Assembly (NCBI GenBank): GCA_020137815.1
Contig: CM035354.1
Span: 4,402,001 to 4,466,000 of the forward strand
Source of the DNA: Hormiphora californensis
Lineage: Eukaryota > Animalia > Ctenophora
Reading direction: 5' to 3'
Length of the DNA stretch: 64,000 bases
Positions 17,225-30,561 of the stretch are shown one piece after another. The translations under genes were made by a program, and so were the position numbers. Positions within the stretch are counted from its first letter, which is position 1; every line of letters starts with the position of its first letter. The notes beneath the pieces are model-generated. The model was not told the DNA's origin. It made no database searches and was given only the letters and a program-made list of their open reading frames with translations.

Positions 17225-18458
17225 GGGGTCGGGGGGGGGGGTGAGTGGAGCGCTCCACTCACCCCCCCCCCCCATCAAAACGGGGGCTGTTGCCGCCAGA
17301 TAGGTCACGTTAATGTATGTGGTCACTGGTCTCGTTCTTTGTTGTTAAAAGCCAAAACTGAAGCTTCCATCTCTGTTACATCACCCCAGTTAAAACTCTA
17401 CTATCTGTCAGTTTCTAACGAGATAACGTATCCTTCTGTCTAACAGAAAAGGACATTTCATTCTGCTAGATTAGGAGGTTTATACGGCCAATAGTAGCTG
17501 GTTACTTACTGTTAACTTTTTACAACTTAGTAATTGGTACTTTGAATGGCACTTGTCAGCGCAATTTGTTCCGTGCTAGTTGTTTTAGATGTTTCGGCGC
17601 GCATAAGTGTGACCGATTTTGAGTGTAACCACCGTGAGAATTTTCATTTCCTGTTCTGTATCACCAGCTGTGAACTGTTAAAATACAGGGTACTTTTTAT
17701 CTGCCTGGCTAGTTGTTGACTCCCCGTAGCAACGTGGTAATGGTATAGTATAGGTGTAAGCTGGGAGTCAGATTGGAGAACCGATTAAATAGTAGTGACC
17801 ACTGACCGCCATTCACTAAAATTTTACAGGCTCGATTCAAGTAATTCTTGGCCAAATGTCATTTCCTGCTTAGATCCATATTGATTCTTAGTTCAGCACG
17901 CAGTGTCGTTTGACTTTCACTAGGCGTCTGCTTCTTTATTCTTCCATTTCTGCATGATTCTTGGGTAAAGAGATTGGGTGAGTGAGATAGTGAGATAGCG
18001 ACTATCCCTCTCTGTAGGAGAAAAAGAGAGCGACAGAGAGAAAGACTTGGGAAATTTAAGCTTATAAATAGTTTCCATGAGCAACTGTTCACTAAACGGT
18101 TCAGACCGCCATAATGACCCTCCGGCCCTGTCTCTCTCTCTTGTTTCATTAATATTGTCTGCAGTATTCTGATATGTGGCCTACATTGTAGGCATATGTA
18201 ATGATGATCAGGAAACCGCTATCTCTATCTCTGAGAAGGAAGAGCATCTCTCCCTTCCCCATCTTTCTCTCAATCTCCCTCTATCTCTCCCTCTCTCAGT
18301 CTCCCACTCTATCTCTATCCATCTCACTCCATCTCTCTTCCTCAATATGTCACTTAGTCCCTCCTCTCTCATATACTGCGGTTACTACTGAAGCCTCCCG
18401 GTTACACAGCTAATCTTTCAGATTATCCAACTTGAAGCACAGCATCATGTGGACCGTC

Positions 18459-18611
18459 TGTGGCATTCTAGTAGTTGTATGTGGATCACTTGGTTGTGGC
18501 ATTCTAGTAGTTGTATGTGGACCACTTGGTTGTGGCATTCTAGTAGTTGTATGTGGATCACTTGGTTGTGGCATTCTAGTAGTTGTATGTGGACCACTTG
18601 GTTGTGGCATT
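18459..18611. repeat. 36-bp tandem minisatellite, ~4.2 copies, alternating GAT/GAC variants
   Basis: Unit tgtggcattctagtagttgtatgtgga(t/c)cacttggt. Confidence 0.9.
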
Positions 18612-19315
18612 CCAGTCCTAAAGTAATAAAGTAGTGTGACTGTGTGTTCACTTTTAGTACAATTTCCTTTTCCTTTTCACACGATTCTGACAGTGACTGT
18701 GTTAACTGTGCAGCCTTTGTTGATACACAGTTAATTGGCAATTATTGGCAAGGTGAACTTCTTCACCGTGAAGAAGCAATGATATATCTTGGAATATATT
18801 TACAGAGAACATGTTCAGTTCAATTCAAATTGGTAATAAGCAAGGCCTTAGCTCAGTAATCATCTGTATCGGTCGTTAAACATGGCCTTGTTATATCAAT
18901 ATGCCAGTCCTAATGTCTCTGTTTTGCTTGCTGCATTATGTGATCCAGTATTCTTGTGTATTCTATCTTGGAACAGTAGATAGGGGTAGCGTGTCTGGGA
19001 CACGCTAGACAGATCTGGAGCGGACGAATGATCCTGGTCCCTGCTCCCCAGTAACATTTGTTGAGTAAGGGGTCCACCCCTTCCTCAACAAAGTCACATA
19101 GTTTTTACGACCTTTTGAATAAAAGTATGAGTCTTTGGTCTTGTTTATTGTGGGTTGTTGAATATGCGTTTGTAATTGTGGGCATGTATGATGCTCTTAG
19201 TCAGTGGGGTAAGGGTGAGAGTCTCCCCTGCTCTCGGGACTATGTTTTTGTACTAACCATTCCTTATTGTTCTGTGTTCTAATCGCCAAAGACTTGGTAC
19301 ATTTCTATTTTTAGA

Positions 19316-21946
19316 ATGGTGGAACTCAAGCTAGCATCCTCAGATTCCACGCCTTCCTCTGACCACACTAGTAACGGGTGTACTAATGGAAATACACCGG
19401 GTGGTACAGTGAGATCAGCTCTCCTGAACGAGCAAGGGCGTCAGATCTCACCACTCGGATCATGTGTCAGATGATAGCGGGTCAGATATCACTGGATATA
19501 ATGAGATAGTCAGGATTAATGTGGGAGGAGGTATATTTGAGGTGGGTTGTGTGTGTGATTAGGTACCAACCAGCCTACTAAAAGTCTGTTACCTACTTCA
19601 ACTTGTAGACCAACTTTCAAAAAGTACCCGGGTTTGTGCACTTACTATCAAATTTAAACTCCTAAATTTTAGTCCAACCCCAACCCCCGCCACCCCCAGG
19701 TATACAGGTCGACATTGGAGCGATATCCAGCCACCCTATTAGGGGACAGGGCCAGGTTACAGAAACACTACGTGATGGAACATAACCACTACTTTTTAGA
19801 GCGTCACAAACTCATCTTCTCTAGCGTCCTTTACTTTTACCAGGTTCGTTTCTCAACACAGCCACACAACTACAAAAACAGGTAGCACAACCACTGTCAC
19901 CTAAAAAACACTCCACCATGGGGCCCGTGCAGTTACACACAGGCACACACTGACCAACTTTTTATTTTGCAGAGTCAGGGTGATTTCTACATGCCAACCT
20001 GTGTCTCCCTGGAGCAGTTCAAACTGGAGTTGGAGTTCTTTGGGCTCCTAGATCACCACACCGAGTGGGTAGACAGGATGAGACTAGGAAATGCAAAGAA
20101 GAAAGCCAAAGCAAACAGTTTGTACGCAGATCCAAGGACATTTAGACAGAAATCATGGAACTTTTTCAATGACCCTGGTTATTCCGTTGGTGCTCGGATT
20201 TGGGCCATTATCGACGTGAGTGGTTCCAGTAGATCCTTGAAATGAACAACAGAAGAACTTCTACTAGAACTTCTGGCTTCTCATTTCAAGTTCTAGCTCT
20301 TGTGACTTCTGATTCTCAACATCTGCCTCTAACACTTTTATAACACATCTCCCTATCCCCCTATAGTTGATAGCCATCTCTACGGCAGTGCTGATGTTCA
20401 TTGTGGAGACAATGCATGTGGTAAAGGAGGAACTAGAGAACCCCAACAAGATCCTATCAACAAGCTTCTTCATAGGGGAAACAGCTTGTACAGCATTCTT
20501 TGCAATTGAACTTATCGGTTGGTGATGTCACTTGGTTATGTCACTGCCCACTGGACTAGGACCTACGTCCTACTACTACTAGTCAACTGCCCTAGAATAT
20601 TCTGTCAGAGCATTGGCCTGACCCATTCTCGCGCGAGAACTGTGGTCAGAGCATTGACCTGACAGAGAATATTCCAATATGAAACAACTCCGCAACTAAA
20701 AGTTGCTCAGTTGTCATGGTTACCTAGATTCAACAGTTCAAAACCATGTTAACAGGTCGGTTGGTGTGTTGTCCAGATAAGTTGGTGTTCATGAGGACTC
20801 TAATGAACTGGGTGGACCTGGTCACCATCATCCCCTACTTCATACAGGTGAGAGACATGATTTAGTAAACTCCAAATAGCTCCCAATTTACTACATGCTA
20901 TGGGGCTGTGAGACTGCGAGACCACGCCCCAACGGCCACCCCATGCCATCACATTCACACCACTATCTTCCTATCAGGCCAATGTTCTGACAGCCATCTC
21001 CCAACTAGGTAGCTACCAACCAGACGGATGTGGATGTAGGATCACACGACTCATCAGGAGGTGGACACAACACTAATGCCCTTGTTGTACTACGGGTACT
21101 CAGGGTGGTACGGGTACTAAAACTGGCTAAACACTCCAAAGGTACCAACTACCAAGAAATGATTAGATAAATTGATTCAATCAAATTCAATTATTGAATT
21201 TGATTCACCAGGTTCTGTCTGACGGCGCCGACCCAATTTGAGTGCACATTTTGAGAATCAAAACGGGGTCTGGCACCGCTAGAATGCCAGATAGAAATTC
21301 TATTAGAATTGTTGAGTCGGGGTGTGCCTGAAAATAAATACCCGATATTTTCAGGGATAATAATTGTGACGAAAACACTGACATCTTCAATCAATGAACT
21401 GTCTCTACTTCTATTTTTCTGGTTTATTGGTGTTGTCATCTTTGGATCAATAATGTACTTCATTGGTGAGTAGACCAGTACCCTTTGGTCACTTCTTCTT
21501 TGACTAAATTGTTCCTAGACCTCCCTACACACTTCCATTTCACAGTCTCGTGTACTACCTAGACCTAACAAATGACCCCCTATCCCCCTGCAGAGTTCAA
21601 CTATAGTCCAGACAGTGACTTCAAGTCTATCCTAGAGAGCAGCTGGTGGGCCGTGGTAACAATGAGTACAGTTGGATATGGTGACATGAGCCCCAAATCA
21701 CCCTGGGGTAAGTAGAGCTAGAGAGGGCAGTATTGTTGAACCAGGTATCTCTTCCCGTCATTTCACTGACCCTCCCCTGCCCATCTCCCAACGCCTCATG
21801 GTACTAACCCCACCTCTCTATCCCCCTCAGGGAAGCTGGTTGCCTCAGGGTGTATGATGTTCTCTATGATAATTATCGCTCTCCCTGTCACTGTCATTGT
21901 CAGTAAATTCACCAGAGTGTATGCCAAATACAAGGACAGGATATGA
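19316..21946 (+). CDS. Shaker-family voltage-gated K+ channel alpha subunit, ~9 exons; one apparent +1 insertion near 19433
   Basis: T1 domain ([42 protein letters not shown]), S4 [19 protein letters not shown], pore [18 protein letters not shown]6 [12 protein letters not shown]; GT-AG introns. Confidence 0.93.
20602..20665. mobile_element. 64-bp micro-MITE (same family as 17149), 8-bp TSD AGAATATT, in a Kv intron
   Basis: TSD at 20594-20601 and 20666-20673; same termini and internal repeats as the first copy. Confidence 0.75.
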
Positions 21947-22610
21947 GACAATTATATACACCTGTTGCCATTATACTACATGTAACGTCGACCCGGTTCC
22001 AAGAGGGCAGACCTGTGTGGCCTGTGTAGTAGATAAGAAGGATTTAGTGGAGGATCAACTCCCTATATTTTTACTTTGTATCCCCATTGTATTTCATGTT
22101 TTAATACTCCCAAAACAAGTTTTATAACTGGTGGTTCTAACTCTCAATTCATCAGTAACATCAGTATCAATTTGTCAAGAACTCTCAAAATAGTTCAGCT
22201 CTCTCTCTCTCTAATATCTATATACATCAGACCTGAACCTCACGCTGCTCTTGTCTCTGTAAATTGAGCAGCGTGCGTTATATTACAGTCAGATCTGAAC
22301 CACACAACATGCTCTCTTGTGTAAATTAAAACTAAACACTCTCAGCTGTAATTACAGAGTAGCTGCTGCTACTGTTAACTGTCAAAACACACTATGTAGT
22401 GTGTGTGAGCATGCAATCAAGAATCAAGCTAAAGAAAAATGTATTAAAATTAAATTCAGATAAACATTCAATAACTCTCTCATCTCCCTAAATGCTATCA
22501 GTTTACCACAAAATAAAAGTCTTTCTGAGTCTCTAATAAAAGATGATTTCCGACCCGATTATCTCTGTCTATCTTCTGCAGATCAGTATATATCTAGTCC
22601 CCCTGGCACC

Positions 22611-25600
22611 TCACCGTGGCACCTCAGCGGGTCGAGTGAGGTTCAGTGTCACCTCACCGAGGGGCATGTACCGAATGAGGTTGACAACCTCAACGTGAGA
22701 GTGACAGCTAAGGTCTATACCGTTAACAGCTGTCAGAACGTCCCCTGGTTGTAATCGTCCACACTGGTGGGCTACACTTCCTGGGGATAGGGAGGGAGGG
22801 TGGAGTAGTGGGGTTAGAGAGAGTAGGAGTTGTTGGGTGAGGGAAGATTGTGGTCTGAGAATCAAATCCGATCAGGTCGGGGGAAGTAAACCGAAAGGCG
22901 AGACATTGACTGAACAATTACCTGTGTAAATTCGTTTGATGTGTGGTGGCTGGGAGGTTCCAAGACCCCCTCCGACACTAAACCCAAGACCCTTGGAACC
23001 CTTCCATAGCCTCACTTGCAACCTGGCAGCACTCTGGTCCCGTACCATCTCTTCCACCGAGCCGAATGTGGTGTGTCCAGAGAGGGTGTTGTAGCCAGTA
23101 CTGGGGAGAATCCTGGGAAGGAGGGGGTGTTAGTTAGTTAGGGATCCTTGGAGTTAGAGAGAGGGGAGATGATAGTAAGGGGAACTTTCAGTACCATGCT
23201 CCTTTTATAATTTGGTTAAGCGACTATTTTGACAACCGTCTAGTTGAGAAGATCATCTTCTCAATTAGACGCTTGTCAAAATAGTATCTTCAAATAGATG
23301 TACAAATTATCTCTTCTCTGCTATGCCTTTTTTGTGTCACATGGGAGTGCCCTATCAGAAATGACAAGAATCAATAATTTTGTGAGGTATGAGACTCACT
23401 CCTACCCTGAGCAAAACTGGGAGGAGGCAACTGACAGATGGGGAAATACTATCCTAATCAGGATAGCAATCTGCCCAGATAATGAATTGAACTGCTCGTA
23501 CTGTCTCCCAGTTCAAGATATGGGATTTGGAAAAGCACACTCCTAACTAATAATAATATGAACTGTTCTCACCTATCGTCCCCATAATTGGCGGTTGTCC
23601 AACTGTGTAGAGACTGCATATCAGGCGTTATACCATGATGAGACCTCTCATCAGGCCGGGATCCAAAGTGGCGAGACAACTCAAAGGTAGTTTGAATGGG
23701 TGCCTCTCTCATTATCTCTAGTGCCCGGTCGTGGGTACAGTTGGTCAGGTCACGACCTATAGGGAGAGGTGTTATTACATGCCTAGTCTATGTCTCATAT
23801 ATCTTGAAGGCCTGTCTCATTTCCCTTCATTTCCTCGCCTGAATACCCAGTTGAAAAACAAGTTCAGTACTCACCAGCTACACTGAGCAGTATATCCTTA
23901 GGTATGATCCCAGCCGCCGCTGCAGGACTACTCAACACCACTCTTTTAATCCTAATGCAGCCCAGAGGTGTGTCGCTACCTCCCTGGATAGTGATACCAA
24001 GGGCCTGACTAGGACCTCTAATTATTGTCACCGTCACCATTTGTTCACCTGGGTTGGCCAGGATTTCATCTCGCCTACTGGGCCCTTGATTTGGTGAGGA
24101 GGAAGAGGCCGTGGCGTAGTGTGGTGTTGTACTGATCGTCTCAAACCTGGGGAGGGGAGCGTTTAGAGAGATTCGGGGGATCAGGGCTGGGTGAATAGGA
24201 GGGGTGAATTTAGATGTAAGAGAGTATTAGAACGTGGTGTTGTTGAGTAACAACAAGCGTGGTGAGTGATGTGAGACTTACTCATGAGTGGTAAGCGCAG
24301 ACCCGGTAGCACTGCTATCTCCATCCCCGATATTAGAGAGCAACTCCAGCTCTGCATCGGATGGAGGACACTGTACCAGAGTGGCATTCATCACAGTCAG
24401 ACGGACCCTGTTCTTGCATTGTCGTAGTAGTTGTGCTGCCTGTTGGAATGACAGGCCACTAACTGGGACATCGTTTATTGCAAGGACTACGTCACCCGAT
24501 CGGAGACGGCCATCTTGGTATATTAGACCTGGGGGAGAGTTGGGGTTAGTCAAGATTAGATCCCGAATAGTCCCGGGGGATTGTCAATATTAGACCTGAT
24601 GTCGGGTTTAAAAAGAAAGACCCCGCACTTTTTATGTTCCAAAATCCCTCCAAAATCCCTTCAAACACTAACCTGTTGACTCGATATTCTTAACAGCAAG
24701 ATGTTCCTGTTCATTTAAACAGAGCGTCATGCCCAGCCTGGAATTGTGTTCCCTAACAAACTCCACTACAAAAGGCCGGTCCTCACATCTCTGCCCATCG
24801 TACTGAACCGACATGCCCATAGTAGGGTACATCCCGATATACCTCTCCGCCTCAGCTGCTGGTGGTTTCTCCAGTACTACAGGCGCTACTACTGCTGGTG
24901 CTGTTGGTCCATCTAGTTCAACTGGTTCCTCAAGGGGCGGGGGAGGGAGCGAGTAGACGGACATGACTGATGTAGTTCGGGATAGGACAGGGTTAGAACG
25001 TCTGGAGACAGCAGGAGATGGTCGTGGTGTCGGGTAGATACCAACACACAGTGAGATTACTAAACGATCTTCAACCTGCAGGATAATAGCGAGAGTTAAT
25101 ATTGTTAATTGCAGTATGGAGAAAAACATGGATGTCACTATTTCCTCAAGGCCAAGTGACCCACTATATTACCTCCCTCTCAACTCACCAGTCCATTCAG
25201 TACATCCAGTAATTCCTCCTCCGGAACGTCCCTCATCTCTCTAGTATTGACCCTCATTATAACATGTCCTGTCTGTAGAATGGCTCCCTGGGTTGGGGCA
25301 GGTTCCAGCCTCACCTCTTCTACCTCCATATACCCTGTAAAGGGGGCTATAGCCGCCCTGAGCCGCAGACCGAGCCGCATCCCTGTGTTAAAGTCGAGGA
25401 CAATGGTCTGCTCCTCGTGGGATGGGGCAGTGGAGGCGGGTGGGGTGTCAGGGCTGTCCACAACTACATCTCCCGATGTTATAGAACCTGGGGAGAGAGT
25501 GGGTTAGATGTTATCACTCTGCAATATATTAGTAATCCATCTCAAAACCAGTGTGAGGGGTATGGAAACCCCCGATAAAACACCAACGAGGTACCTACCT

Positions 25601-27975
25601 ATTCCATCATCTAGTGTGTGGTCAGGGGACATTGTAGCATTTGATCTGGTCTCCCTGTAGGGTCGGATCTTCATAGTTAGGAACCCTTTCTTGGCGCTTT
25701 TAAAGATTCCTAGTGCCTCCTCATGAGACTTCCCTGACATTGCAATACCATTCACCTCCACTACTTCGTCTCCTGGTAAAGTGGAATGTGATAGAGAGAG
25801 AGCTAACATAGTAATACGTGATGTTACTGAAACTGCCAGTAATGGTGCTTCAACCACGATTACAGAAGGGAAATTATTCTATTTGGGTACCTGTTTGAAG
25901 GCGTCCATCAGCAGCTGCAGCTCCATCCGCGTGAATCTTCTTGATGTAGATGGGGATGTCCCCCTTAGCGCTACCACGACCACCCACAATAGTGAATCCA
26001 AGGGGTCGTTTAGGTGCCTGACAGGGGAGAGTGGGAATTATGCAGGTGAATATTATAGGGGTAACAACACACGAAGGTGAATATACCAAGGGGGTAACAA
26101 CACACGAAGTTGAATATAACAAGGGGGTAACAACACACGAAGTTTTGAAGGGTATAGCACTAGAAAATGAAGTTTCCTCCTAATAGAAAACGATGTTATG
26201 ATTCACGTGGGCCTATATTTGACAATCACTGATTACCTACCTTGACTAGCGTAATGGTAGCAAGATTATCTCCCGTTGTGTGAGGGTTATTCAGTGACTC
26301 AGTCTCCCCCGTATGACTGCCTATCCCACTACTATCAGACATTGTGGAACTCCTATTCATCCCGTTCCTCTTTACTGCCACACTGGTCTGTAGAGTACCA
26401 CTGGAGGCAGGTTGGTCAGTGAACACTGCTCCCCCAGCCCCACCATCTGGTGTTGTCCGTATCTCAGGTATCACTACCCCAGTAGTCTCCCCTCCATCAG
26501 GTTTAGAGCAGCTGTATACCACCCTGATAGGCCCATAGGGGAGCTTTCGGAGGGCTTTAGAGGCATCCCCTAGTGACATGCCAAGTAGACCAGTACTGTT
26601 TACCATTAGCAGTTCATCACCCCTCTTTAGCCTTCCATCCCTGAGGAAAATAGTGTGGATTTAAGAAAAGTTATGGTGTTCTATCCTCTTGTATAATGAG
26701 AAGAAAGTGAAGATAGGATATACATGAAGAGGGGAGAGGTTATTATTTTGATCAAATATAGTACCTATCAAATGATTTGCCGGGAATAACATCCTCAATA
26801 ATTACATTTCCCTCTCCCACCCCCTTGCCACCAGCCAGAACTAGACCCATATCGCTATCTATCTTCTCAATGTGCACAATCTTCACACTCTTCTTACCCT
26901 GGAGAGGAGGAAGTGTTAGTTGGAAATAAACAAACTTATAGAAGAGTACCTTGGGCACGAATATATTTGGGTGGCTACTGGCTACTAAAATCAGTTTCAT
27001 CACGTGTTATTCACTTACCCTTGGATCTCGTCCAAATTTCTCACTGACGGGATCTTCCTTCAAACACGCTACTGGTTGTTCTCGTGTCAGCTGGAGACGT
27101 CCTGTACTCTGAGGAGGGAGAGAACGGGGTTAAACGACTGTCGCTTGGTAAGAGAATAAATAATATGATCCCAAATTCCCCCTAGGCCTCTTAATGTTTA
27201 GTTTGGGTGAGTGAGAGTTTTTTTATTTTGTCCATAATTTTAATCGGCAAAAAAGTAATCAATTATCAAGCCAACTGTAAAACTGGAGAAACGATAAAGT
27301 CTGATAATAGCAATACAAATTGAAGAAGCAGTAAGCGATAATAAAGCTAACAACTAGAAGCTGACTAACAGTGGATGGTACTTCAACTATTGGTGGATGC
27401 TCCGTTTCATCCACAATGACAGGAATAACCTCCTCCACACCCCCTCCACCACCCCTCTCAACTCTGTGGATATCCATTCTGTAAGCCACGTACTGCTCCA
27501 CAAGAATGGTGAGGTAGTCTAGCACCACCTGGAGTTGCTCCCGGAACACATATACAAGGGTGGCGAGGATAAATGTAGAGACAACCTCACCAAAATTCAT
27601 AATATTTTAACAACACCCGAGATATAGCACTACACACTCCGAGTGAGAGTGAGTTGGATAGAGTGATGTACAGGAGTGTTGAGCGTTGAGATCCAGGGAT
27701 TTGCTTGTTGTAGACCATCGCAATAGTGATAGAGAGAGAAATAGAGAGAGGGAGAAAGAGAGAGACATATAATTATGATAAAAAAGTCATCGGTCGGAAT
27801 TTACAGCACATTGTGATTGGTCAACAGAGTACTATAATAATCACACCGTACTGTGTTATTCCCTAATAACCTCCCTTGAGCATCCCAATAAATTGAGAAA
27901 TCTCAACACCAAGTAACTTACCCATCGTCGAAATTTCTTCCGAATCGAATCAAAAGGGCCCGAAGTAGCGGGCAT
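22611..27975 (-). CDS. Multi-PDZ scaffold (~6 PDZ domains), PDZD2/pro-IL-16-like, multi-exon
   Basis: PDZ exons: [45 protein letters not shown] plus [68 protein letters not shown] plus [14 protein letters not shown]; stop at 22611. Confidence 0.85.
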
Positions 27976-28761
27976 GCTGTTTCTAAGGTAGACGGAGACC
28001 TACTAAAGCACACTGGAGGTGAGAACGGATAGTTTTAAACAGTCCACGAAATGAAAAGAGGCAACACTAGACATAGCAGAAGACTAATGCGATGAGCAAT
28101 ACTAGACGAAATGGAAACATGAGATCTGCAGTAGTAGCTACATGTGTTATGACTAATCAGTGCAATTGAACATCTCTTACTACACAACTCATCACGCCAA
28201 AGGGTTAACTAAGAAGTGTCCGAGGATAAAATATGTCTGGCCAGTAGCAACCCGGGGACCCAGGAGGAGGGGCCAATCAGTGGGACAGTTACCCTGTCAC
28301 GTGGGCCTCGAGAGTGCACCTTTGTAGATGTAGGAAGGGCCAATTAAAATGCCTTGTTGGCAATTGCTTTATTGCCACACCAGACCTTAGTTCCTTGACT
28401 AGCTACAACTCTAGTGCAAGACAAGGAGGGGGACCTGCATTATATATCAAAGGGGAGTACTCAAGTCAGTGGTATGCGGAGGTGGTTGTAAAGTACTTGA
28501 CACACACATGAAATTAGAGGGAGTGGAGCCCGCCCTCCACATTCCAAGACCACCGGAGAGACAATACAAGGACCACCCTAGCTCGTGCGAGAAAGAGGGG
28601 GAAGGGGGAGGTAGCTCATTCCGCGGCAACAAACAAGGGAATGGTGGAGAGAGAGAGAGGTGGGATGGGGAACAATGCCACCAAGCGGAAGGACACGCGA
28701 TCAAAAGAAATGGCGGAGAGTGAGAGTATGTAACTGCTATTTGGCGCCAAACAAGAGGTGG

Positions 28762-28797
<36 letters not shown>

Positions 28798-30123
28798 GAG
28801 AGAGAGATCCCCTCAGCACGCGTTGTAGGGCACAACACGGAAATGGCCCATCTTGTGTAGACTAAAGGGGCAGCTCCACACACACACAGAGAGATGATGA
28901 AGGGGGCAGCTCCACACAGAGAGAGAGATGATGAAGGGGGCAGCTCCATAAATGCAGAGAGAATATGATAGTTTCTTGTAGAGGGGCTGGTTTGATATAA
29001 TATCATAAGGGCCCCCCGATTCATCTAGGCTTGGAGAGGCTGTAAAAGATCAAGAGCAGCACCAATCATGATGCAGAGTGAGAGAGTGAGAAGGAGAGAG
29101 AGACTGGAGAGGGAGTGAGAGAGACCAGCAAGGAGTGTTTAATATACAATAATGATATTGCTTTTGACACTCTACTTTAACAAACTTTGAGCGTACAAAC
29201 CATACGTCTCTCTCTCAGAATCTGTATATTGGTTCTAAGAACTCAACAACTTTACTGAACAAAAACAGCGTACTTATTGCATCTTAGTGAGCAAAAGAGG
29301 GAGGGGTTATGACCAGATAACATCGAAAACAACTTAGCTCGAAAACCACAGTACCACAGCTGTTCTACAAAAGATAAAGTGGTGGTATTATATAGTTGAG
29401 TGTGAGACAACCCTAACTACCTACCTCCAAGCGACACACCTCAATCGCACCAGCCAGAGTGAGAGTGGTGGGTGATATTGGTGGGTAACTGGACAGAAAT
29501 GATTGCATGTCCAGCTAATTTGGAGATTGCTTCCTGTATGTCCAAACAAGGGGAGACAATGCCCGAAAAATGGGGAAGTCTTAGTCAGGGTAAAACGAGG
29601 GAGGGGCAACTTAAATACGGTAGTAGTAGGGCCGAGATACCAGACAACATTATTGGGGACCACCCTCGACGGAGTAAATTATACATTTATCCCGATAACC
29701 AAATAGGAGCGAAATTTCTTTGCGGGGACTCAAATTCAATAATTTAGATGCTACTATACTGTATAAGACAATCAATAATTAAACGTCTTTTCGTAGAACT
29801 CTTATTGGAAGTCCCCGCCCAAGCAGTATTGGTAGTGACGATAGTGTCGGTGGAGGTTGTCGAGTAAGGTGGAGGTGAAGGTGGGGAAGAACAAAATTGC
29901 CCTATTAAGGTGATTTTCCAATCTTACTACCTAGAATATTCTACGATAGTTTGATGTTTTATTCTGTCAATTCAATTTGTCAATTCATTTTGGAATTTCA
30001 CTAAAACTTTTCCGGATAACTATCTATGACGTGATTCCAGAAACAGGCATGGGACAGGCATTCTTTTAGTATTGATTATCTCTCGTGTTCTGCTAGCAAA
30101 AAAAGCTTTAAAAGAAAATGATA

Positions 30124-30495
30124 GGTAGGCGGTAAATGTTAACCAGATCTGAGAGAAAACGTACGTGCAAAACCACGTTTTTGTCCATAACTCAGTCATT
30201 TATTGACCAATTTGCAAAATCTTGGGCGCGTTGGAAAGAAGACATTGAGCTCTTTCAAATGAACCCAATAAAACTAAAATCGGCGCAAAATGCGCGGCGT
30301 CATGGCGCAAAATGCGCGTTTTTGCCACCACGCCGCGCAATTTGCGCCAATTTTCATTTTCTTAAGCTCATTTGAAAGATCTCAATGTCCTCTTTCCAAT
30401 GAGCCAAAAATTTTGCAAATTGGTCAAGAAATGGCTGAGTTATGAGCAAAAACGTGCGAAATTCTCACAGATCTGGTTAACATTTACCGCCTACC
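30124..30495. mobile_element. Palindromic MITE (~372 bp) flanked by TA
   Basis: TIR ggtaggcggtaaatgttaaccagatctg.. / ..cagatctggttaacatttaccgcctacc; the arms are imperfectly complementary to the centre. Confidence 0.85.
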
Positions 30496-30561
30496 TACAA
30501 GAAAGGTGACAATTGAAAAGACAGCTGACAGACTCTAGAGGACTGGAGGCACTACTAAAAT

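Noticed and set aside
18459-18611. 36-bp repeats as a CRISPR array
   Set aside because: The units are contiguous with no unique spacers, the context is eukaryotic, and there are no cas genes.
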